This document shows positions 37,539 to 49,439 of a stretch of 64,000 bases of DNA, one piece after another. Each line of letters begins with the position of its first letter. Position 1 is the first letter of the stretch. Position numbers and translations under genes: made by a program. The notes under the pieces are model-generated. The model searched no databases. It was not told where the DNA came from and worked only from the letters and a program-made list of their open reading frames with translations. This stretch comes from Chara braunii (Eukaryota > Plantae > Charophyceae): contig BFEA01000038.1 of the NCBI GenBank assembly GCA_003427395.1, forward strand, positions 364,012 through 428,011, written 5' to 3'.

Positions 37539-40500
37539 TGCTTATAGTGTTTCATGATGATATGCTAGAGAAGTTACCCCTCGATAAGTCTGAGGGAGGA
37601 GGAGGTAACGACATCAGTGAATCTGGGAAGGGTGACGTCACGACTGTGATGGCCAACAAGGTAGGTCAAAGCCAATGGAAGAAGAAGAGGAGGCCACGAT
37701 CGTTTCCCGAGCGTCCCGACATTGCGTTCGGGAAACCTTGGGAGAAGAAGAACATGATGCGAGAGGAGTGGCTGTCTAAAATGGACAATCGCCAATGCCT
37801 CAAGTCAAGCAGCCAGAAGGAGTAGCATTTGCTCCTACTGCGTCGAGACGAAGACAAAAGGTAAGGCCCCTACAACCCCTTGTAACCTTTCGACTCTTAA
37901 GGCAGAGGATGACTCTTCTTCCGCCAGTCGTCTGGAGCACCGTCATAATGTTCTTTGCTCTGTCCCACTGGACGATTCCCTTGACGAGCTCGATAATGAA
38001 CTCATAGCACTACGGAGTTCGTGAGCGAAGAAAGCTAAGTCTAAGGGTGAACTTATAATCGTGGATATTGAGATTGCGCACACGCGAGTAGGTGCCGTGT
38101 TAGATTCATGATCGACGCGGTCTTACATCTCAGAGAAGGCAATTCGAAAATTGCATATGAGAATGAAGGTAAAAGATTTACCTCGACCTATCACGTCTAT
38201 GCTGGCTGACAAGAGCACGATCACTATCTCTCAATATGTCGATCGTGTTAAATGTTATTTCAGGACTAAGGCATGTAAGAAAATTTTACACGAGATACCC
38301 TTCCTAATAGAAAAGAACCTACCGTTTTATATGATTCTGGGAATGGATTGACACGAGGAAGCCGACCCAGAGGTAAGGTTCAAAGATAAAATTGACAAAC
38401 TCAAGGACGAGAAGTTTGAACTACTCATGATTAAATTATATCATAGGTCTGACTGTGACTCTGCCTTGCCTTTTTGTTGTATGAGTTACCCAGCCTTCCG
38501 TTCGATGGTAGTAAAGAAGAACTTAAATCAGGATGTGATGATGGTGCTTATCAAGAGAGTCGGTGAGTGTTTCTCATCATATCCACCTTCTTTCGAAAAA
38601 AAATTCAATGAGTACAAGGACTTGCAGACTGAGCAAACGGGAATCACTGAGCGTGTTATTAAGCACACGATTGAGATCATTCCCGGAAGCAAGATTCCCA
38701 AGGATCTCATCTACTGAATGTCTCTAAGGGAACTTGAGGAATTGTGTAAACAACTGCAAGAACTTATTGACAAAGGATGGATTCGCTCTAGCTCACCTCG
38801 CTATTGTACACATGTCTTATTCGTAATAAAAAAGGAAGGTGAACTTCGTCTATGTATAGATTATCGTGGGTTGAACTTCGTCACTGTCTAAAACGCGGAG
38901 TCTTTTCTACGTATTGATGATCTATTGGATTAGTTGCAAGGATGCAGGTACTTTAGCAAGATTAATCTCAAGTCAGGGTACCACCAGATCGAGGTGACTC
39001 TTGTGGATCAACACAGGACGACATTCCGAAGAAGGTATGGTCACTACGAGTTCGTGGTTATGCCTTTCGGTTTGACCAATGCGCCGGCAATATTCCAAAG
39101 TTCAATGAACGAATTGTTTCGTCAATGGCTTAATCAATTCGTAGTAGCTTACCTCGATGACATTCTAGTGTACAGTACGACACTAGAAGATCATGAAAAA
39201 CACCTACGAATGGTCTTGCAGAAGTTGCGTGAGGACAACTTCAAACTGAATCCGAGGAAGTCTGAGTTTGTTAAGTCTGAAGTCTTGTACTTATGGCATA
39301 TAGTGAACGTAGTAAATGAGGAAGGACTAAAACCTGAAGAAAAGAAGATTACATCAATTAGAGATTGACCACAACCTAAAACTATAACTGACCTAAGATC
39401 TTTCATAGGACTTGCTCGCTACTATAGGAAGTTCGTCAGAAACTTCTCATTGATAACTGCTCCTATGAGAAGATTACTAAAAAAGGAAAAACCTTGGTTG
39501 TGGGATAAAGATTGTGAGTCATGGTTTAGAAAGTTGAAACATGTTCTCACTCACTACCCTGTCCTAAAAATTGTTGACCCTTCTCTTCCTTTCATCGTCA
39601 CAACTGACACCAATCAGTATGGAATTGGAGTTGTGCTACAACAAGACGATGGTAAGGGATATAAACCTATTGAATTTATGTCCAGAAAACTTTCGTCAGA
39701 GAAAGTGGCAAATTTCACATATGAAAGGGAATTGTATGCCTTAGTTGTTGTACTAGATACCTGGAAGCACTACTTGTTAGGGAGGCATTTCACTGTCTAC
39801 TCTGATGAAGACCCAGTCCAAACTCTCTGACAAGTTGGTAAGATGGTTCACTTTCCTGGATAAGTTTGACTATGAGGTAAAAACCATCAAAGGTAAGTCT
39901 AACGTGGTTGTGGATGTTTTGTCCAGACGTGTAGATTTCTTTGGAACCATTGTTTTCTATCTCGATATCGAAAATGAACTAAAAGAACAAATCTGCAAGG
40001 ATTATGAGAGTGATCCTATTTGGAGTCCCATCATTGAGACTTTACGAAAGAACCCTAAATTGTTCCCTGAATATCGAATGATATATGGTTTACTCATCTA
40101 TTTGGATCAAACCGAAGAAAGATTGTGTATTCCTCACCAAGAATCAATCAAGAGTGTAATCATTGGGGAATGTTATGATGCAGAAGGTCACTTAAATTTT
40201 AAGAAGACGTATGCCGATGTCCGAGAACGATTTGAGTGAAAAGGAATGAAGGAAGATGTACTAACGTATGTGCGGACTTGTCTTGTCTGTCAGAGGAACA
40301 AACCCTCACATGAGAATCCAATAGGACTATTGAGACCGCAGCCTATTCCAAGCGAGTCAGGTGAGTCTATCTCTATCGACTTTATGAGTCTCACTAAGAG
40401 TCGAAATGACAACATTCAGGTAATGGTCATCGTAGATAGATTCTCTAAGTATGTTATGTTCATTCCTTTGTCTGATGAAGCTGGAAACAAACTTGTCATT

Positions 40501-41447
40501 CAAAAGTTTCAGATACGATGGGTCTCTCAATATGGATTCCCAAAAACCATCGTTTCAGACAGAGATGTTCGGTTCACCAGTCTACAATGACAAAAGTTGA
40601 TGGAAGTTTACGAGACTAGATTGACCATGTCGTCAGGACGACATCCTAAAACGAATGGCCAAACTGAACAAATGAATCGTCTATGCCAACAACTTTTTGG
40701 AATGTATGTCCGGCCTGATCAGATAGATTGGGATGAGAACTTGCTTAAAATTACTAATGTCTATAATAACAGTATACATACTGCTACAGATAGAACGCCT
40801 ACCACTACATAAAGGATGAAAGCCTAAGCATCCAATTGATGCGTTAACAAGGGACCAGATTCAAAAGTTACCCCCAGGTACGCGTGAATTTGCAATTTTG
40901 TATAAAAAAAACGTTAAGAAGGTGAAGGAAAACATATAAAAAACCCAACTGCAAATGGTTGAACAAGCCAATAAACATCGTCGTCCTTCACAATTTCAAG
41001 AAGGAGATCTTGTATGGGTTAAGTCTAAAGAGTTTTCCTTAGAAAAAAAATGTGTCTTAGAAACTGCTACTTGTCTACTAAGGCCCCTGGAAAGTTTTCA
41101 AGGTGATTGGAGATGCAGACGGACCTTCCTACTGCATCGATGTACCTCCACACCTAAGGACATACCCCGTCTTCCACGCGTCTAAGCTGCTGCCCTATGT
41201 AGAAGGTGATAACTTTCCAAATATGCCATCTATATTTCCACCCTCTACGAATGGAGGTTATGAAGTTGAAAAGATATTGGAACATGACTATTTTTCTATA
41301 TATCGCAGAGGAAGACCTCAAAAGCAGTATAAGGTAATGTTCAAGTCTCAACCTCTATCTGAAGCCAGATGGTTTAGTAGGAAAGAATTCGTACCTACTG
41401 CTCCTGATATTGTCGCTGCATATGAACGTGGGTTAACTGAGAATTGA
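37539..41447 (+). pseudogene. pol: gag 3' part and pol of element C, decayed
   Basis: GAVLDS*STRSYIS (protease); [30 protein letters not shown] (RT); FIVTTDTNQYGIG, YERELYAL (RNase H); CLVCQ, ISIDFM, IVDRFSK, SDRDVRF, HPKTNGQTE (integrase); YEVEKILEH...QYKVMFK (chromodomain). Confidence 0.95.
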
Positions 41448-41489
41448 TATATTTTCGGCGATGGAACTCGAAAACTGGGCCGGCAGGAA

Positions 41490-42493
41490 TGCAATAACCC
41501 ATGCCATATGTCTCGTAGAATGTCTGAGGGCCTACTTGGCCGCCCTCGGCCAAGACCAAAACCGGGGAAAAAGACCACACACGAACATTCAGGGCGTGGA
41601 CGTGAGACAAGTGACTTTTGTCAACTGTCGTGACACCAACAATCGAGGTCCAAAGGTACCCAGCCTAGGCTGCTGGTCAAGCACACACACTTGTTTGTAT
41701 GCAGGTACCCAGACAACATCAGGTCCAAGGGGAAGTCTGCAAGTGTACACAATCGGGGCCCTCGACTGTGAGGCAATCTGAACGACTAAAGGAACATAAC
41801 TCGAGGCCAAACAACCTCGTCAAATGCTACTTAAAACCTGGCCTCAAGGTGGTCAGCATTCAGTCTTGCTGTGCTGCTTGGACGTTGGCGAAACGCTGGC
41901 TGGATGTCGACACTGTGGGCGGCGGCAACGACATGCTGGCGTTCTCCGCATTATGCGTCCGGCATGCTGATGTGGCGCTGCCTCTAGTTTACATTGCATG
42001 CTGATGTGGCGCCACCTCTGGTCTACATTGCACGTTGATGTGGCGCTGCCTCTAGTCTACAGAGCATGCTGATGTGGCGCTGCCTCTGGTCTATATTGCA
42101 TGCTGATGTGGCGCTGCCTTTGGTTTACATAGCATGCTGCTGTGACGCTTCCTCTGGTCTACATTGCATGTTGATGTGGCACTGGCTCTGGTCTAGATTG
42201 CATGCAGATGTGGTGCGGCCACTTGTTTTTATTGATAATGTGGTGCTCGCCACCTGTCTCGACTGCTGACGTGGCGTTGTCCACGCTATCTACATGAGGC
42301 GACTGGTTGCGAGGAGAAGGGAGATCGGGATATGTGGATGATTCGGATCGGGTACTCACCTGAGGTTGACGTCGTCATTGTAATCTGTTGCGTCTTCATG
42401 GTCTTCATGAGATAAATTGGAGACTATGCTGCAAATATCGAAACTACTGGCGTTTGACGACTGTTGAGTATCTGCTAGATTGGTTTCATTACA
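41490..42493 (+). repeat. 3' LTR of element C
   Basis: TGCAATAACCC...CATTACA; matches 23710-24912 apart from the family X insertion. Confidence 0.93.
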
Positions 42494-44692
42494 TTTTTTT
42501 TAGCTTCAATCTGTTTCTTGATATACTTCTATCTCGAGATAAATTATAACCCGTCTATCTCTTTTGTCAATGTTGTATAGTTCATCGCGTTTGCGTAGAG
42601 AGTGCTTCTGGTACTTTAGTTTGTTGCATTATCGTGGTGAACAGGCACAATTTTCTTCTCCTACTACTTTAGCTTGTTCCATACTCATGGTGAAGAACCA
42701 TCATTTGGTGTCTCAAAGACTATCCAGTTTGGAATCCCCTTCTGCCCCTACTCGGCTAGAAAACAATGACATTTTCCACGACCTCCTTGTAGATAACATA
42801 GCCGATAGTATCACTCCTGGTGATAAATAACAATCGTTGTGCTCGCCTGCTTCACTCTCACTAGGCTGAGCACAAACTCCTTTTGCATACTAATGGAATC
42901 AAAAGCATATATGGAGCATCAGATATGATGTCAGTCGGGAAACCCAAACACACTATGTATGTCGCCCATAAACTGAAGCCACAAGATAACTTCATCATTG
43001 TCAGTGACACGACACATTGCTTTACGTGAAGTCACTCGCTTGTCAATTAGCGTAAACACCAAGCCGAAACCGCTTGACAACGCGTTGACCCTAATTTCTT
43101 GTAAATCCGAAAACCAACTCCGCTATCACCCTGCTAGCAAAGACCCCCATACATATTACTAACATGCATTGTGAGTATTCGACACATAATTGTTTAAACC
43201 ACCACTCCCCCCGACATAAAAAATTCGGCTTTTCTACCCATACGGAGTGGGTTTTACGGGGGGACGGCAACCGACAAATTCTGAAAGGTCCAATTTTGAA
43301 ATTTTCAAGTGTCAATTTTGACGAGTTTTTAGCTCTAAAAAAAATAAATAAAATAAATAAAAATTGAGATCTTGGGCACGGTCTAATTAGCTAAGGGATC
43401 AGGCAACATTCTAGACCTGTGACAGATAAAAGTTGAGAAAAAAAAAAGAATTTTGACATTAAAACAAAAAGATAAAACAAAAATCAGGAAGGCCACGAAA
43501 TAGGGGAATCCTTTTGGACAACACTTGGATATGACTTTCAACATACTCACACAAACATTTTTTTCAATGTATCTGACGACACTTTCAATTATCCGCGGAT
43601 GCACCTCTCTGGGTCGGAAATCCAAGAAGTCGTATTGTTGAATAAAAAAAAAAAAATTGTCCCCTTGGGCAAAGAAGAGTCAGACAAACAACCATTTGTC
43701 CTCTTAATCCTCGCAGATGTGTGAGACTGTAACTTTTATTATGACTCTCAATTTTCATATTTGCTTTCGTGGTCAATGTACGGTTGTCAATTTCATTCCT
43801 TAAACCGCCAATACATGACCCCAAGTAACTGGAAAACCTATTTTGAGCCACTCTGAAAAACTAGGATTTCGGGCTATAGCTAGCATGTACTGGTACTCTA
43901 AACTTTCACATGTTCTTTTGTGTTTTCCTTTTTTTTTCCTTTTTTTTTTCTTTTTTTTTTTTTTCGGCGACGACCTTGATGTATCAACATGAAACTTTCC
44001 CGTCTCAAGTAATTCATAACTATGTATTTTGTTCATCTGACTGCATCTGGATTTAAATTTAAATCCGTGTTTCAACAATTCATGGGTGTACCACCTTTAG
44101 ATAGGTCTTTTGGTTTTCATACGTTCGCTGATCGGTCTACTGGTTTTCATACGTTCACTAATATGTTGTGCTTTGTTTCTCGCACAATGTCCACCACCAC
44201 AACAATCGAGGACCAGGTGAGAACTCCCCCCCATAATTCCCCCCCTTGCATCGTTTCGAAATCCATGTTTGCTTTGCATCTTTCCTTCTGCTGCTCGCTT
44301 TGTATTTGCCCAATGAGACAAATGAGAGTGTTTCAGAAACAAACATACTGTCGTCACACCCTTTCATCACTGTTTTTATGCCTTTTTTTCCTCTTTTCCC
44401 CTCTTTTTTATTGAAGCACAATGACCTTGAAATATCGTCATTTAACTAACCACTCTCAAATAATTCAATAGTTTTCATTTCGCGTTGAGGTTAGTATTCA
44501 ACAATTCCTGCGTGTACCAATCGAGCTACCGTCTTCCCCCCAACATAGCACATATGTGTTGTCAACAAATAAAACGCATAGGCTGCTTTCTATTTTAATA
44601 CAACACCTATGTGTCTTATTCGAACGACCCTTAAATTTGAATACTAAACATGTGCATTCTATTGAAAGGTTTTCACCCAGTTCACGCAATAC

Positions 44693-45629
44693 TACAACTG
44701 CGAGGACTCGATCCCTCGACCTGTCGAGGCTGTCGTTGACCTTATGTGGTTTGAACCCGGGACAACCTATTCCTAAAATCGCGTATAAATATTTTGTGTG
44801 TGCAACTTGGGTCGTGTGGGTTTGATCCGTAGGCCCAGTGGTAAGAAATCTTAGGGTCATCTGTAGGTGGTCATACGTCTTATGAAAGGTCAGTAGGTCG
44901 TGGCAAGAGTAGTTCCTGAAGAGTCCACTTGACCTCTCGAAGTCAGTAGAGGCAGCCCGTCAAATTTATGAAAGGTCAACGAGTCCCAAGTCAACCCCGA
45001 AGGGGCACATGAAAAGGTTGTCCCAGTCCAGTCCGTTTTGCAGCAAGTACCAGAGTGGTGACTGCACATCTCGAGGGCCTGGGACATTTTCAGGCCAACC
45101 CACCAAACGAAACAATACAAATAAAGAGGTAACAATAGATCATTCACTCATTATCTGGAAAACAACATGGAAGCGCAACTCAAGCGATTTGTGCGTTGGA
45201 TCTAGAGGTGGTCAGCAAGTAGCCCGATGGTGGCAAAGGATGAGCCGGCATAGCTGCTAGGATGCGGAAGACGACGACGGTCATAGCCGTCTATGCGTAG
45301 AAGTAGAAGATAGAGTGTGATCGTGAGTGCAAACATTTAGGGTAGATCCAAGTATTGTGTGCGTGCGTGCGTGCGTGTGGGTGCGTCTGACGGCAGAAAC
45401 AATGTTCGGTGGGAATTCCAAACTCGCGCTCAAACGCCATAGCCATGAGATGAGACAAGTTGTTTTGAGTTGAGTTCCGGGCTGAAGACCATATCTCTTG
45501 AGTTTTGTGTGGGCACACTGCGCCATCTTAAGTGTCTTGCTGATACTGCGTCTGTTAAAGTTTTTTTCGCCATTGGCAACTACATGTATGCATATTGACC
45601 GTAAGAAGAGGACAAGTCTGATTGCAGTG
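44693..45629 (+). repeat. 5' LTR of element E (shared portion; may extend to ~46170)
   Basis: Colinear with 52866-53810. Confidence 0.85.
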
Positions 45630-46899
45630 GTTTCACATTTGGTTCCTGATGTCTGCGCAACCATCGCGAAGGTCGAAGAGGAGGAAGGACCCGACTGCTG
45701 CGAAGAAGGAGATGGTGATGATAATGAGAGAGAAACGCGTGTGAGGGAGAAAGAGTGTCATAGAAGACGACAACCATAGCTGCCAACTTGGAGAAAAAGA
45801 AAAACGATAACGAAAGAGAAAGTGACGGAGAAGAGAGAGGTGACGAAGAAGAAGGTGATAGTAGCCATAACTAACAAATAATAAGAAGAAGAAGTCAGTC
45901 ATAGGCAAGCTCGAGGAAGAAGAACAGGGTGAAGTACACGCAGGAGACAAAGAGGGAGAAAGCCATCATAGACGGATGGTCAAAGAGTTGACCAATGAGA
46001 GTTGCCCGACGAGCATTAACCTGCAAACGTTGATTGATACAATTGACTAAGTTGATCGTTGACCAAACTTGGAGTGCAGAGCGAGGAGTAGTTTAATCCC
46101 TTCAAACCCTGACACGTGTGCTTTTATGCTTTGTGGATGTTGCACACTCACATTGGTACTTGCTGCAGTCAAGTCTCTCTTATAGAGCCTATCATCTCTT
46201 TCTACATTGAGTGACTGTTGTCCAGGTTGTTATAGGTTCCATGCATTTGGTCTGAAAGAGGTTGAGGGGCAGACGCCTACACGAGACTTAGTAGGGGTGA
46301 GGTGTATCTGCCGCCAGACGACCTGGGAAGAAGCCCCCAAGGACCGGTACAGACCAGCAGGCTGCTCTGGGTGGTACACTATACCTGAACTCCGAGCTGC
46401 AGATCACGTGTCCAATCTGTCCAACTCTTGAAAAAACTCTAGTTGTGATCGTCGTCTTGACTGTGACGTTAAATAATTCATGAGAAACTATGCGAGATCT
46501 CCTCAAATGCGTCCTCATCAGCTAGTAGTTTTGTAGTGACGGACTCATAGTAATGTAGTCTTGAATAGTTCACAGAGGAAATACTGAAAGTCGAAGCCAT
46601 GCAGGATTGAACTGTGGGTGCACAAACATCCGACGATTGTGGAGCGATTGGACTGTGGTTGCGAAAGCATCGGACACCAGTGGTAGCTTGACTAAAGTGG
46701 AAGAGAGAACCTTTGTAGTCCTTTAAGCGGTCAGTGTCTAGGTGGGTTGGTCTAAGTGTTGAGGAGCGAAATCGTTTGTGATTGTGCCCTCGTCCAACAT
46801 GGACGACTACCCTATGTTCGCCTTCATTATGGGCCTTTCCCTTTGGGGGCCCTTGCTTCGTTTCCTCTTCCAGTTGGGATTTTGGCAAACCACATGTCG

Positions 46900-49290
46900 C
46901 ACTGTGACTACTAAGTCCGGAATCCAGACCCCGCCATATAGTAAAGAACGGGAGGAGAAGGATGCTGCAATTCTTCGAGAGCAGAAGGAGAAAAAGGATA
47001 AGAAAGCCTTGGAGAGAAAGACCAAGAAATTGGCCTTGCTGGACGAAGAAGCGGACAGAAAGAAAAAAGATGGAGGAGGAGATGGAGGCGTGGAAGAAGG
47101 AACAAGAGGCGAAGTTGGTCAAAAAAATGGCTGAAGAAGAAAAAAAGGAAGAAGAAAGCGAAGAAGAAGAAACCTTGTTACAACAGAGGAAACATAAAAA
47201 AACAGTGAAGGGCGAGAAGAAGGGAAGGAAAAGAGACGATAATCAACAGGGAAGCATAGTTGGTTGTCCCTCAGGCAGAAAGAGAAACAGTAAAAAGAAA
47301 GCATGAAAGAGAAAAGAGTCCCCTGCGTTGTCAGGCAAAAGAGCAGGAAAAACAGTTGGAGTGGAAGTTGCGCCTCGTGAAGGAGAAGACGCGGCGATTG
47401 AAAGTAATGGAGAAGATGGAGGAGGAATTGAACGCGGCAGAGGAGCGACTGGGTAAGATAAAAAAAGAGACACAGATAATGAAAAAAATTAACACCCTCT
47501 CTCATAGTATGGCCTCTGTTCTGACAGCTCAACGAGAACAGAAAAGACAACTTTGTGGGCATGGTATAGCACTCGAATCCATACGAGCCGGGTTCCACGA
47601 CTTTGCCCAGGAAATGATGATTCATCTCCTAAACGAAATGCACATCGCAATCGATAGAACAAAGAAATTTTGCACCGCTGTGATCGAGGGTGTCAAGTTG
47701 GCAGTCCCCAAGGAAAAAGAATCACAACCCCGCCTTGAGAGAGTCAAAGTTCTTTTCCCTGAGTCCTACAGTGGGAAAGAGGTGAGGACTTTGACAATCG
47801 AGAGGCTAGTATTAAATCACATTTGTACTTACAAAACGTGTCTCCAGCCGACCATGTCCTGATAGCCTTTCAGGTCTCGAGTGGTGAAGCAACTAGTTTC
47901 GCAAGGTCTCTTGCACGAGCCGCCCGCTGCGAAAACGACATGGTCGATTATTATGTCATTGCTCACCTCAACAATTTCTTTGTTGCACTGAGAGAACGTT
48001 TTGCGGACGTCATTAGAGGATTAAAGGCGTCCGCCAAACTCCAAATGATCCATACGCGACCTCGAAAAAATGTGCAAGCACTGAAAGCCGCTATGAACGA
48101 AATGATTGTTGTGCCTAACCACAAAGTTACAGAAGCACAACTAGTCCAACTCGTCTATCGTGCGTTGCCCAGATAATTAATTACAAGGGCATTTCTTAAA
48201 CAAGAAGCAGCAGTCTGGGATGACTTATGACCTCCTCAGTAGGGAAGCTATTGCATTCGCCGCCCAGTCCATGTAAGTTACCATTTTTTTGTATAAGGAC
48301 TTAGCTAAAGGGAAAAGTGGAAGGGTCACACCATCTCTAGCCAAGTTAAGGCCAAAGATAGTCTCATACTAGCAATGGAAAAAGGTGGTGCCGAAAAAGT
48401 TCCCTACATTGACATAAAATGAGGACTTGAGGAAAAAAACAGCAGTATAGTTGTTTCTAAAAAGTGGTAGAGTTCATTAAGGTATATATTTGATAGTAGG
48501 GGACTAAGGTCGAAGGGCCTCCGCCTGGCGACGCCTATGGTTGCCGTGACTCGTATTTGATAGTAGGGGACTAAGGCCGAAGGGCCTCCGCCTGACGACG
48601 CCTATGGTTGCCGTGACTCGCCTCTTCAATCTCTTCGTGTGGCATATGAAAAAAAGCTTGTAGTCCATAACGGATTAGTTTGAGAGTCCGTTTATCCTGG
48701 ATCGTTCGTCGGATTATCTTATACAGAGTTCCATGATTTACGGCTCCAAGGCCTTCGACCTTCAGGGATCTTTCAATATACCATTGCGCACCATCAAAGG
48801 TACCTATTATAACATTGAGGGTTGTGTGAGCACTGCGGAGAGGGGGAGTTTATACGCTGTTGACAGGGCCGGACGGAGACAACAAGGAGAAGGACGAGGC
48901 CTTGAAAAGGCCGCTAGGCCTTATGTGGTCGAGGGCAAGGCGTCCAGGGGGTTAGCGACAATAAAGATCGTCAAGTGGGAGGTAGGGGTCAAGGTCTCTT
49001 GTCTAATCGTCCTCGCTCGAATCAATCACCTCTCCAAAACGGTGAATAGCACCCAGGTCGGACGGAAGGCAGTCCCTAGGAACCCTTAGGCTTAGAACGT
49101 AATGTTTGGCATGATTACATGAACAAGTTTCAATGTGTGTTCTATGGAGATTCTAGTCATATCATCAAGTTTTGCCTGCAGTATAACAAGCGTTGCATCT
49201 AGGGCAACAAAAGATAACCGTCGGTAGAGGTAGCAACTGCCCCTACACAAGATGAGCACGCATGCGAAGTAAAAACTTCCACTCCTTGTG
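46900..49290 (+). pseudogene. gag: gag of element E, interrupted by a foreign fragment at ~48446-48824
   Basis: E/K-rich coiled-coil fragments, KVLFPESYSGK, FFVALRERFADV...LVQLVYRALP, then a Gly/Arg-rich region and a decayed knuckle. Confidence 0.75.
48446..48824 (-). pseudogene. Fragment of a group II intron reverse transcriptase/maturase (organelle-type)
   Basis: My translation of the minus strand gives TFDGAQWYIERSLKVEGLGAVNHGTLYKIIRRTIQDKRTLKLIRYGLQA, then in a shifted frame LSPLLSNIYLNELYHFLE, matching group II intron RT blocks 3-4. Includes a 67-bp tandem duplication (48487-48553/48554-48620). Confidence 0.85.
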
Positions 49291-49439
49291 TGTCCATGAC
49301 AAAGGTTGTTGGCCAACACCTAGCTAGCTGCAAAGAGACTATTTGTGTTAAAATCTCTCTAGGTGTTTCCCTCACAGGCCTGACAGAAGAGCTTAAAAAA
49401 AGATGGCCAACCTGCACCATGATAAAGAAAAGTGAGAAT

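Larger units (their letters stand above)
23710..42493 (+). mobile_element. Ty3/Gypsy chromovirus LTR retrotransposon C, full-length but decayed, hosting element B
   Basis: Paired ~1-kb LTRs TGCAATAACCC...CATTACA, PBS, gag and pol with chromodomain. Flanks TTTC/TTTT fit a decayed 4-bp TSD. Confidence 0.95.

Noticed and set aside
42494-43080. Host gene exon interrupted by element C
   Set aside because: Minus-strand frames look vaguely coding but contain multiple stops and no identifiable domain.
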